A stretch of DNA of 29,148 nucleotides from Balanoglossus misakiensis (Eukaryota > Animalia > Hemichordata): assembly GCA_040954595.2 (NCBI GenBank), contig CM082579.2, positions 16,404,956-16,434,103 on the forward strand, in the 5' to 3' direction. Shown piece by piece: positions 11,146 through 23,927 of this stretch. A program made the translations under genes and the position numbers. Positions within the stretch are counted from its first letter, which is position 1. Each line of letters starts with the position of its first letter. Under the pieces are notes generated by a model. That model made no database searches. It was not told where the DNA came from and saw only the letters and a program-made list of their open reading frames with translations.

Positions 11146-13114
11146 CCATGATTTTTTTTCAAAAATCGACGAAATTTTGAGATTTTGCAAAGAGGAAAAT
11201 TTGTCATTTTTTCATGATTTTCCCCCATGATTTTTTTCAAAAATCGACGAAATTTTGAGATTTTGCAAAGAGGAAAATTTGTCATTTTTTCATGATTTTC
11301 CCCCATGATTTTTTTCAAAAATCGACGAAATTTTGAGATTTTGCAAAGTCGACTAAAATGTGTCATTTTTTGATGATTTTCACCCGTTTTTTTTCAAAAT
11401 TTGTCATTTTTTGATGATTTTCACCCATGTTTTTTTTTTAAAAAATCGACGAACCTATGATTTTTTTCAAAATCGACGAAATTTTGTGATTTTACAAAGT
11501 CGAAAATTTTGTCATTTTTTGATGATTTTCAACCATGATTTTTTTTCAAAAATCGACGAAAATTTGAGATTTTGCAAAGACAAAAATTTGTCATTTTTGA
11601 TGATTTTTACCCATGATTTTTTTTCAAAAATGGACGAAATTTTGAGATTTTGCAAAGAGGAAAATTTGTCATTTTTTCATGATTTTCCCCCATGATTTTT
11701 TTCAAAAATCGACGAAATTTTGTGATTTTACAAAGTCGAAAATTTTGTCATTTTTTGATGATTTTCAACCATGATTTTTTTTCAAAAATCGACGAAAATT
11801 TGAGATTTTGCAAAGACGAAAATTTGTCATTTTTTGATGATTTTCACCCATGATTTTTTTTCAAAAAACGACGAAATTTTGAGATTTTGCAAAGAGGAAA
11901 ATTTGTCATTTTTTGATGATTTTCACCCATGTCTTTTTTCAAAAATCGACGAAATTTTGAGATTTTGCAAAGAGGAAAATTTGTCATTTTTTGATGATTT
12001 TCAACAATGATTTTTTTTCAAAAATCGACGAAATTTTGAGATTTTGCAGTCAAAAATTTGTCATTTTTTGATGATTTTCAACAATTTTTTTAAAAAATCG
12101 ACGAAAATTTGAGATTTTGCAGTAAAAAATTTGTCATTTTTTGATGATTTTCACCCATGATTTTTTCAAAATTGGCAAAATTTTGAGATTTTGTAGTCGT
12201 TAATTTGTAATTTTTTGATGATTTTCCCCCATGATTTTTTTCAAAAATCAACGAAATTTTGAGATTTTGCAAAGTCGACGAAAATGTGTAATTTTTTGAT
12301 GATTTTCACCCATTTTTTTTCAAAAATCGACGAAATTTTGAGATTTTGCAAAGAGGAAAATTTGTCATTTTTTGATGATTTTCAACCATGATTTTTTTTC
12401 AAAAATCGACGAAAATTTGAGATTTTGCAAAGATGAAAATCTGTCATTTTTGATGATTTTTACCCATAATTTTTTTTCAGAAATGGACGAAATTTTGAGA
12501 TTTTGCGAAGACGAAAATTTGTCATTTTTTGATGATTTTCACCCATGATTTTTTTTCAAAAATGGACGAAATTTTGAGATTTTGCAAAGACGAAAATTTG
12601 TCATTTTTTGATGATTTTCCCCCATGATTTTTTTCAAAAATCAACGAAATTTTGAGATTTTGCAAAGTCGAAAATTTGTCATTTTTAGATGATTTTTACC
12701 CATAATTTTTTTTCAGAAATGGACGAAATTTTGAGATTTTGCGAAGACGAAAATTTGTCATTTTTTGATGATTTTCACCCATGATTTTTTTTCAAAAATG
12801 GACGAAATTTTGAGATTTTGCAAAGACGAAAATTTGTCATTTTTTGATGATTTTCCCCCATGATTTTTTTCAAAAATCAACGAAATTTTGAGATTTTGCA
12901 AAGTCGAAAATTTGTCATTTTTAGATGATTTTCACCCGTCTTTTTTAAAAAAATCACCCCATGATTTTTTTCAAAAATCGACGAAAATTTGAGATTTTGC
13001 AAAGACGAAAATTTGTCATTTTTGATGATTTTTACCCATGATTTTTTTTCAAAAATGGACGAAATTTTGAGATTTTGCAAAGACGAAAATTTGTCATTTT
13101 TTGATGATTTTCAC
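11146..13114. repeat. Module B (1733 bp) carrying an internal 236-bp three-monomer duplication
   Basis: Colinear with 14646-16378. The ORF offset is 3500 before the duplication (11142/14642, 12090/15590) and 3264 after it (12877/16141). The marker CATAAT..CAGAAATGG..GCGAAG occurs at both 12465 and 12701. Confidence 0.9.
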
Positions 13115-16100
13115 CCATGATTTTTTTTCAAAAATCGACGAAATTTTGAGATTTTGCAAAGAGGAAAATTTGTCATTTTTTCATGATTTTCCCCCATGAT
13201 TTTTTTCAAAAATCGACGAAATTTTGAGATTTTGCAAAGTCGACTAAAATGTGTCATTTTTTGATGATTTTCAACTTTTTTTTTTTCAAAATTTGTCATT
13301 TTTTGATGATTTTCACTCATGTTTTTTTTTTTAAAAATCGACGAACCTATGATTTTTTTCAAAATCGACGAAATTTTGTGATTTTACAAAGTCGAAAATT
13401 TTGTCATTTTTTGATGATTTTCAACCATGATTTTTTTTCAAAAATCGACGAAAATTTGAGATTTTGCAAAGACGAAAATTTGTCATTTTTGATGATTTTT
13501 ACCCATGATTTTTTTTCAAAAATGGACGAAATTTTGAGATTTTGCAAAGACGAAAATTTGTCATTTTTTGATGATTTTCACCCATGATTTTTTTTCAAAA
13601 ATCGACGAAATTTTGAGATTTTGCAAAGAGGAAAATTTGTCATTTTTTCATGATTTTCCCCCATGATTTTTTTCAAAAATCGACGAAATTTTGTGATTTT
13701 ACAAAGTCGAAAATTTTGTCATTTTTTGATGAATTTCAACCATGATTTTTTTTCAAAAATCGACGAAAATTTGAGATTTTGCAAAGACGAAAATTTGTCA
13801 TTTTTGATGATTTTTACCCATGATTTTTTTTCAAAAATGGACGAAATTTTGAGATTTTGCAAAGACGAAAATTTGTCATTTTTTGATGATTTTCACCCAT
13901 GATTTTTTTTCAAAAATCGACGAAATTTTGAGATTTTGCAAAGAGGAAAATTTGTCATTTTTTCATGATTTTCCCCCATGATTTTTTTCAAAAATCGACG
14001 AAATTTTGTGATTTTACAAAGTCGAAAATTTTGTCATTTTTTGATGATTTTCAACCATGATTTTTTTTCAAAAATCGACGAAAATTTGAGATTTTGCAAA
14101 GACGAAAATTTGTCATTTTTGATGATTTTTACCCATGATTTTTTTTCAAAAATGGACGAAATTTTGAGATTTTGCAAAGACGAAAATTTGTCATTTTTTG
14201 ATGATTTTCACCCATGATTTTTTTTCAAAAATCGACGAAATTTTGAGATTTTGCAAAGTCGTAAATGTGTCATTTTTTGATGATTTTCACCAGTTTTTTT
14301 TTTTCAAAATTTGTCATTTTTTCATGATTTTCCCCCATGATTTTTTTTCAAAAATCGACGAAAATTTGAGATTTTGCAAAGACGAAAATTTGTCATTTTT
14401 GATGATTTTTACCCATGATTTTTTTTCAAAAATGGACGAAATTTTGAGATTTTGCAAAGACGAAAATTTGTCATTTTTTCATGATTTTCACCCATGATTT
14501 TTTTCAAAAATCGACGAATTTTGAGATTTTGCAAAGAGGAAAATTTGTCATTTTTTCATGATTTTCCCCCATGATTTTTTTCAAAAATCGACGAAAATTT
14601 GAGATTTTGCAAAGACGAAAATTTGTCATTTTTGATGATTTTTACCCATGATTTTTTTTCAAAAATCGACGAAATTTTGAGATTTTGCAAAGAGGAAAAT
14701 TTGTCATTTTTTCATGATTTTCCCCCATGATTTTTTTCAAAAATCGACGAAATTTTGAGATTTTGCAAAGAGGAAAATTTGTCATTTTTTCATGATTTTC
14801 CCCCATGATTTTTTTCAAAAATCGACGAAATTTTGAGATTTTGCAAAGTCGACTAAAATGTGTCATTTTTTGATGATTTTCACCCGTTTTTTTTCAAAAT
14901 TTGTCATTTTTTGATGATTTTCACCCATGTTTTTTTTTTAAAAAATCGACGAACCTATGATTTTTTTCAAAATCGACGAAATTTTGTGATTTTACAAAGT
15001 CGAAAATTTTGTCATTTTTTGATGATTTTCAACCATGATTTTTTTTCAAAAATCGACGAAAATTTGAGATTTTGCAAAGACAAAAATTTGTCATTTTTGA
15101 TGATTTTTACCCATGATTTTTTTTCAAAAATGGACGAAATTTTGAGATTTTGCAAAGAGGAAAATTTGTCATTTTTTCATGATTTTCCCCCATGATTTTT
15201 TTCAAAAATCGACGAAATTTTGTGATTTTACAAAGTCGAAAATTTTGTCATTTTTTGATGATTTTCAACCATGATTTTTTTTCAAAAATCGACGAAAATT
15301 TGAGATTTTGCAAAGACGAAAATTTGTCATTTTTTGATGATTTTCACCCATGATTTTTTTTCAAAAAACGACGAAATTTTGAGATTTTGCAAAGAGGAAA
15401 ATTTGTCATTTTTTGATGATTTTCACCCATGTCTTTTTTCAAAAATCGACGAAATTTTGAGATTTTGCAAAGAGGAAAATTTGTCATTTTTTGATGATTT
15501 TCAACAATGATTTTTTTTCAAAAATCGACGAAATTTTGAGATTTTGCAGTCAAAAATTTGTCATTTTTTGATGATTTTCAACAATTTTTTTAAAAAATCG
15601 ACGAAAATTTGAGATTTTGCAGTAAAAAATTTGTCATTTTTTGATGATTTTCACCCATGATTTTTTCAAAATTGGCAAAATTTTGAGATTTTGTAGTCGT
15701 TAATTTGTAATTTTTTGATGATTTTCCCCCATGATTTTTTTCAAAAATCAACGAAATTTTGAGATTTTGCAAAGTCGACGAAAATGTGTAATTTTTTGAT
15801 GATTTTCACCCATTTTTTTTCAAAAATCGACGAAATTTTGAGATTTTGCAAAGAGGAAAATTTGTCATTTTTTGATGATTTTCAACCATGATTTTTTTTC
15901 AAAAATCGACGAAAATTTGAGATTTTGCAAAGATGAAAATCTGTCATTTTTGATGATTTTTACCCATAATTTTTTTTCAGAAATGGACGAAATTTTGAGA
16001 TTTTGCGAAGACGAAAATTTGTCATTTTTTGATGATTTTCACCCATGATTTTTTTTCAAAAATGGACGAAATTTTGAGATTTTGCAAAGACGAAAATTTG

Positions 16101-16378
16101 TCATTTTTTGATGATTTTCCCCCATGATTTTTTTCAAAAATCAACGAAATTTTGAGATTTTGCAAAGTCGAAAATTTGTCATTTTTAGATGATTTTCACC
16201 CGTCTTTTTTAAAAAAATCACCCCATGATTTTTTTCAAAAATCGACGAAAATTTGAGATTTTGCAAAGACGAAAATTTGTCATTTTTGATGATTTTTACC
16301 CATGATTTTTTTTCAAAAATGGACGAAATTTTGAGATTTTGCAAAGACGAAAATTTGTCATTTTTTGATGATTTTCAC
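13115..16378. repeat. 3264-bp higher-order repeat, full copy 1 (about 39 full-length plus 6 truncated monomers)
   Basis: Identical ORF sets are offset by 3264 (13111/16375, 13249/16513, 14198/17462). Monomers were counted by hand, so the count is approximate. Confidence 0.93.
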
Positions 16379-18717
16379 CCATGATTTTTTTTCAAAAATC
16401 GACGAAATTTTGAGATTTTGCAAAGAGGAAAATTTGTCATTTTTTCATGATTTTCCCCCATGATTTTTTTCAAAAATCGACGAAATTTTGAGATTTTGCA
16501 AAGTCGACTAAAATGTGTCATTTTTTGATGATTTTCAACTTTTTTTTTTTCAAAATTTGTCATTTTTTGATGATTTTCACTCATGTTTTTTTTTTTAAAA
16601 ATCGACGAACCTATGATTTTTTTCAAAATCGACGAAATTTTGTGATTTTACAAAGTCGAAAATTTTGTCATTTTTTGATGATTTTCAACCATGATTTTTT
16701 TTCAAAAATCGACGAAAATTTGAGATTTTGCAAAGACGAAAATTTGTCATTTTTGATGATTTTTACCCATGATTTTTTTTCAAAAATGGACGAAATTTTG
16801 AGATTTTGCAAAGACGAAAATTTGTCATTTTTTGATGATTTTCACCCATGATTTTTTTTCAAAAATCGACGAAATTTTGAGATTTTGCAAAGAGGAAAAT
16901 TTGTCATTTTTTCATGATTTTCCCCCATGATTTTTTTCAAAAATCGACGAAATTTTGTGATTTTACAAAGTCGAAAATTTTGTCATTTTTTGATGAATTT
17001 CAACCATGATTTTTTTTCAAAAATCGACGAAAATTTGAGATTTTGCAAAGACGAAAATTTGTCATTTTTGATGATTTTTACCCATGATTTTTTTTCAAAA
17101 ATGGACGAAATTTTGAGATTTTGCAAAGACGAAAATTTGTCATTTTTTGATGATTTTCACCCATGATTTTTTTTCAAAAATCGACGAAATTTTGAGATTT
17201 TGCAAAGAGGAAAATTTGTCATTTTTTCATGATTTTCCCCCATGATTTTTTTCAAAAATCGACGAAATTTTGTGATTTTACAAAGTCGAAAATTTTGTCA
17301 TTTTTTGATGATTTTCAACCATGATTTTTTTTCAAAAATCGACGAAAATTTGAGATTTTGCAAAGACGAAAATTTGTCATTTTTGATGATTTTTACCCAT
17401 GATTTTTTTTCAAAAATGGACGAAATTTTGAGATTTTGCAAAGACGAAAATTTGTCATTTTTTGATGATTTTCACCCATGATTTTTTTTCAAAAATCGAC
17501 GAAATTTTGAGATTTTGCAAAGTCGTAAATGTGTCATTTTTTGATGATTTTCACCAGTTTTTTTTTTTCAAAATTTGTCATTTTTTCATGATTTTCCCCC
17601 ATGATTTTTTTTCAAAAATCGACGAAAATTTGAGATTTTGCAAAGACGAAAATTTGTCATTTTTGATGATTTTTACCCATGATTTTTTTTCAAAAATGGA
17701 CGAAATTTTGAGATTTTGCAAAGACGAAAATTTGTCATTTTTTCATGATTTTCACCCATGATTTTTTTCAAAAATCGACGAATTTTGAGATTTTGCAAAG
17801 AGGAAAATTTGTCATTTTTTCATGATTTTCCCCCATGATTTTTTTCAAAAATCGACGAAAATTTGAGATTTTGCAAAGACGAAAATTTGTCATTTTTGAT
17901 GATTTTTACCCATGATTTTTTTTCAAAAATGGACGAAATTTTGAGATTTTGCAAAGACGAAAATTTGTCATTTTTTGATGATTTTCACCCATGATTTTTT
18001 TTCAAAAATGGACGAAATTTTGAGATTTTGCAAAGACGAAAATTTGTAATTTTTTGATGATTTTCCCCCATGATTTTTTTCAAAAATCAACGAAATTTTG
18101 AGATTTTGCAAAGTCGACGAAAATGTGTAATTTTTTGATGATTTTCACCCATTTTTTTTCAAAAATCGACGAAATTTTGAGATTTTGCAAAGAGGAAAAT
18201 TTGTCATTTTTTGATGATTTTCAACCATGATTTTTTTTCAAAAATCGACGAAAATTTGAGATTTTGCAAAGATGAAAATCTGTCATTTTTGATGATTTTT
18301 ACCCATAATTTTTTTTCAGAAATGGACGAAATTTTGAGATTTTGCGAAGACGAAAATTTGTCATTTTTTGATGATTTTCACCCATGATTTTTTTTCAAAA
18401 ATGGACGAAATTTTGAGATTTTGCAAAGACGAAAATTTGTCATTTTTTGATGATTTTCCCCCATGATTTTTTTCAAAAATCAACGAAATTTTGAGATTTT
18501 GCAAAGTCGAAAATTTGTCATTTTTAGATGATTTTCACCCGTCTTTTTTAAAAAAATCACCCCATGATTTTTTTCAAAAATCGACGAAAATTTGAGATTT
18601 TGCAAAGACGAAAATTTGTCATTTTTGATGATTTTTACCCATGATTTTTTTTCAAAAATGGACGAAATTTTGAGATTTTGCAAAGACGAAAATTTGTCAT
18701 TTTTTGATGATTTTCAC
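16379..18717. repeat. Short HOR variant, 2339 bp (net 925 bp shorter than the full unit)
   Basis: ORF offset 16375 to 18714 is 2339. It follows the full unit to ~17910, lacks the first part of module B, and rejoins near GTAATTTTTTG..TCAACG..GTCGACG at ~18046-18118. Confidence 0.9.
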
Positions 18718-21700
18718 CCATGATTTTTTTTCAAAAATCGACGAAATTTTGAGATTTTGCAAAGAGGAAAATTTGTCATTTTTTCATGATTTTCCCCCAT
18801 GATTTTTTTCAAAAATCGACGAAATTTTGAGATTTTGCAAAGTCGACTAAAATGTGTCATTTTTTGATGATTTTCAACTTTTTTTTTTTCAAAATTTGTC
18901 ATTTTTTGATGATTTTCACTCATGTTTTTTTTTTTAAAAATCGACGAACCTATGATTTTTTTCAAAATCGACGAAATTTTGTGATTTTACAAAGTCGAAA
19001 ATTTTGTCATTTTTTGATGATTTTCAACCATGATTTTTTTTCAAAAATCGACGAAAATTTGAGATTTTGCAAAGACGAAAATTTGTCATTTTTGATGATT
19101 TTTACCCATGATTTTTTTTCAAAAATGGACGAAATTTTGAGATTTTGCAAAGACGAAAATTTGTCATTTTTTGATGATTTTCACCCATGATTTTTTTTCA
19201 AAAATCGACGAAATTTTGAGATTTTGCAAAGAGGAAAATTTGTCATTTTTTCATGATTTTCCCCCATGATTTTTTTCAAAAATCGACGAAATTTTGTGAT
19301 TTTACAAAGTCGAAAATTTTGTCATTTTTTGATGAATTTCAACCATGATTTTTTTTCAAAAATCGACGAAAATTTGAGATTTTGCAAAGACGAAAATTTG
19401 TCATTTTTGATGATTTTTACCCATGATTTTTTTTCAAAAATGGACGAAATTTTGAGATTTTGCAAAGACGAAAATTTGTCATTTTTTGATGATTTTCACC
19501 CATGATTTTTTTTCAAAAATCGACGAAATTTTGAGATTTTGCAAAGAGGAAAATTTGTCATTTTTTCATGATTTTCCCCCATGATTTTTTTCAAAAATCG
19601 ACGAAATTTTGTGATTTTACAAAGTCGAAAATTTTGTCATTTTTTGATGATTTTCAACCATGATTTTTTTTCAAAAATCGACGAAAATTTGAGATTTTGC
19701 AAAGACGAAAATTTGTCATTTTTGATGATTTTTACCCATGATTTTTTTTCAAAAATGGACGAAATTTTGAGATTTTGCAAAGACGAAAATTTGTCATTTT
19801 TTGATGATTTTCACCCATGATTTTTTTTCAAAAATCGACGAAATTTTGAGATTTTGCAAAGTCGTAAATGTGTCATTTTTTGATGATTTTCACCAGTTTT
19901 TTTTTTTCAAAATTTGTCATTTTTTCATGATTTTCCCCCATGATTTTTTTTCAAAAATCGACGAAAATTTGAGATTTTGCAAAGACGAAAATTTGTCATT
20001 TTTGATGATTTTTACCCATGATTTTTTTTCAAAAATGGACGAAATTTTGAGATTTTGCAAAGACGAAAATTTGTCATTTTTTCATGATTTTCACCCATGA
20101 TTTTTTTCAAAAATCGACGAATTTTGAGATTTTGCAAAGAGGAAAATTTGTCATTTTTTCATGATTTTCCCCCATGATTTTTTTCAAAAATCGACGAAAA
20201 TTTGAGATTTTGCAAAGACGAAAATTTGTCATTTTTGATGATTTTTACCCATGATTTTTTTTCAAAAATCGACGAAATTTTGAGATTTTGCAAAGAGGAA
20301 AATTTGTCATTTTTTCATGATTTTCCCCCATGATTTTTTTCAAAAATCGACGAAATTTTGAGATTTTGCAAAGAGGAAAATTTGTCATTTTTTCATGATT
20401 TTCCCCCATGATTTTTTTCAAAAATCGACGAAATTTTGAGATTTTGCAAAGTCGACTAAAATGTGTCATTTTTTGATGATTTTCACCCGTTTTTTTTCAA
20501 AATTTGTCATTTTTTGATGATTTTCACCCATGTTTTTTTTTTAAAAAATCGACGAACCTATGATTTTTTTCAAAATCGACGAAATTTTGTGATTTTACAA
20601 AGTCGAAAATTTTGTCATTTTTTGATGATTTTCAACCATGATTTTTTTTCAAAAATCGACGAAAATTTGAGATTTTGCAAAGACAAAAATTTGTCATTTT
20701 TGATGATTTTTACCCATGATTTTTTTTCAAAAATGGACGAAATTTTGAGATTTTGCAAAGAGGAAAATTTGTCATTTTTTCATGATTTTCCCCCATGATT
20801 TTTTTCAAAAATCGACGAAATTTTGTGATTTTACAAAGTCGAAAATTTTGTCATTTTTTGATGATTTTCAACCATGATTTTTTTTCAAAAATCGACGAAA
20901 ATTTGAGATTTTGCAAAGACGAAAATTTGTCATTTTTTGATGATTTTCACCCATGATTTTTTTTCAAAAAACGACGAAATTTTGAGATTTTGCAAAGAGG
21001 AAAATTTGTCATTTTTTGATGATTTTCACCCATGTCTTTTTTCAAAAATCGACGAAATTTTGAGATTTTGCAAAGAGGAAAATTTGTCATTTTTTGATGA
21101 TTTTCAACAATGATTTTTTTTCAAAAATCGACGAAATTTTGAGATTTTGCAGTCAAAAATTTGTCATTTTTTGATGATTTTCAACAATTTTTTTAAAAAA
21201 TCGACGAAAATTTGAGATTTTGCAGTAAAAAATTTGTCATTTTTTGATGATTTTCACCCATGATTTTTTCAAAATTGGCAAAATTTTGAGATTTTGTAGT
21301 CGTTAATTTGTAATTTTTTGATGATTTTCCCCCATGATTTTTTTCAAAAATCAACGAAATTTTGAGATTTTGCAAAGTCGACGAAAATGTGTAATTTTTT
21401 GATGATTTTCACCCATTTTTTTTCAAAAATCGACGAAATTTTGAGATTTTGCAAAGAGGAAAATTTGTCATTTTTTGATGATTTTCAACCATGATTTTTT
21501 TTCAAAAATCGACGAAAATTTGAGATTTTGCAAAGATGAAAATCTGTCATTTTTGATGATTTTTACCCATAATTTTTTTTCAGAAATGGACGAAATTTTG
21601 AGATTTTGCGAAGACGAAAATTTGTCATTTTTTGATGATTTTCACCCATGATTTTTTTTCAAAAATGGACGAAATTTTGAGATTTTGCAAAGACGAAAAT

Positions 21701-21981
21701 TTGTCATTTTTTGATGATTTTCCCCCATGATTTTTTTCAAAAATCAACGAAATTTTGAGATTTTGCAAAGTCGAAAATTTGTCATTTTTAGATGATTTTC
21801 ACCCGTCTTTTTTAAAAAAATCACCCCATGATTTTTTTCAAAAATCGACGAAAATTTGAGATTTTGCAAAGACGAAAATTTGTCATTTTTGATGATTTTT
21901 ACCCATGATTTTTTTTCAAAAATGGACGAAATTTTGAGATTTTGCAAAGACGAAAATTTGTCATTTTTTGATGATTTTCAC
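18718..21981. repeat. 3264-bp higher-order repeat, full copy 2
   Basis: ORF offset 18714 to 21978 is 3264, and the ORF translations and rare markers match copy 1. Confidence 0.93.
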
Positions 21982-23927
21982 CCATGATTTTTTTTCAAAA
22001 ATCGACGAAATTTTGAGATTTTGCAAAGAGGAAAATTTGTCATTTTTTCATGATTTTCCCCCATGATTTTTTTCAAAAATCGACGAAATTTTGAGATTTT
22101 GCAAAGTCGACTAAAATGTGTCATTTTTTGATGATTTTCAACTTTTTTTTTTTCAAAATTTGTCATTTTTTGATGATTTTCACTCATGTTTTTTTTTTTA
22201 AAAATCGACGAACCTATGATTTTTTTCAAAATCGACGAAATTTTGTGATTTTACAAAGTCGAAAATTTTGTCATTTTTTGATGATTTTCAACCATGATTT
22301 TTTTTCAAAAATCGACGAAAATTTGAGATTTTGCAAAGACGAAAATTTGTCATTTTTGATGATTTTTACCCATGATTTTTTTTCAAAAATGGACGAAATT
22401 TTGAGATTTTGCAAAGACGAAAATTTGTCATTTTTTGATGATTTTCACCCATGATTTTTTTTCAAAAATCGACGAAATTTTGAGATTTTGCAAAGAGGAA
22501 AATTTGTCATTTTTTCATGATTTTCCCCCATGATTTTTTTCAAAAATCGACGAAATTTTGTGATTTTACAAAGTCGAAAATTTTGTCATTTTTTGATGAA
22601 TTTCAACCATGATTTTTTTTCAAAAATCGACGAAAATTTGAGATTTTGCAAAGACGAAAATTTGTCATTTTTGATGATTTTTACCCATGATTTTTTTTCA
22701 AAAATGGACGAAATTTTGAGATTTTGCAAAGACGAAAATTTGTCATTTTTTGATGATTTTCACCCATGATTTTTTTTCAAAAATCGACGAAATTTTGAGA
22801 TTTTGCAAAGAGGAAAATTTGTCATTTTTTCATGATTTTCCCCCATGATTTTTTTCAAAAATCGACGAAATTTTGTGATTTTACAAAGTCGAAAATTTTG
22901 TCATTTTTTGATGATTTTCAACCATGATTTTTTTTCAAAAATCGACGAAAATTTGAGATTTTGCAAAGACGAAAATTTGTCATTTTTGATGATTTTTACC
23001 CATGATTTTTTTTCAAAAATGGACGAAATTTTGAGATTTTGCAAAGACGAAAATTTGTCATTTTTTGATGATTTTCACCCATGATTTTTTTTCAAAAATC
23101 GACGAAATTTTGAGATTTTGCAAAGTCGTAAATGTGTCATTTTTTGATGATTTTCACCAGTTTTTTTTTTTCAAAATTTGTCATTTTTTCATGATTTTCC
23201 CCCATGATTTTTTTTCAAAAATCGACGAAAATTTGAGATTTTGCAAAGACGAAAATTTGTCATTTTTGATGATTTTTACCCATGATTTTTTTTCAAAAAT
23301 GGACGAAATTTTGAGATTTTGCAAAGACGAAAATTTGTCATTTTTTCATGATTTTCACCCATGATTTTTTTCAAAAATCGACGAATTTTGAGATTTTGCA
23401 AAGAGGAAAATTTGTCATTTTTTCATGATTTTCCCCCATGATTTTTTTCAAAAATCGACGAAAATTTGAGATTTTGCAAAGACGAAAATTTGTCATTTTT
23501 GATGATTTTTACCCATGATTTTTTTTCAAAAATGGACGAAATTTTGAGATTTTGCAAAGACGAAAATTTGTCATTTTTTGATGATTTTCACCCATGATTT
23601 TTTTTCAAAAATGGACGAAATTTTGAGATTTTGCAAAGACGAAAATTTGTCATTTTTTGATGATTTTCCCCCATGATTTTTTTCAAAAATCAACGAAATT
23701 TTGAGATTTTGCAAAGTCGAAAATTTGTCATTTTTAGATGATTTTCACCCGTCTTTTTTAAAAAAATCACCCCATGATTTTTTTCAAAAATCGACGAAAA
23801 TTTGAGATTTTGCAAAGACGAAAATTTGTCATTTTTGATGATTTTTACCCATGATTTTTTTTCAAAAATGGACGAAATTTTGAGATTTTGCAAAGACGAA
23901 AATTTGTCATTTTTTGATGATTTTCAC
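21982..23927. repeat. Short HOR variant, 1946 bp
   Basis: ORF offset 21978 to 23924 is 1946. It has the same E-F-F junction as the 2339-bp variant but lacks a further 393 bp (five monomers, including the GATGAAAATCTG and GCGAAG markers). Confidence 0.9.
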
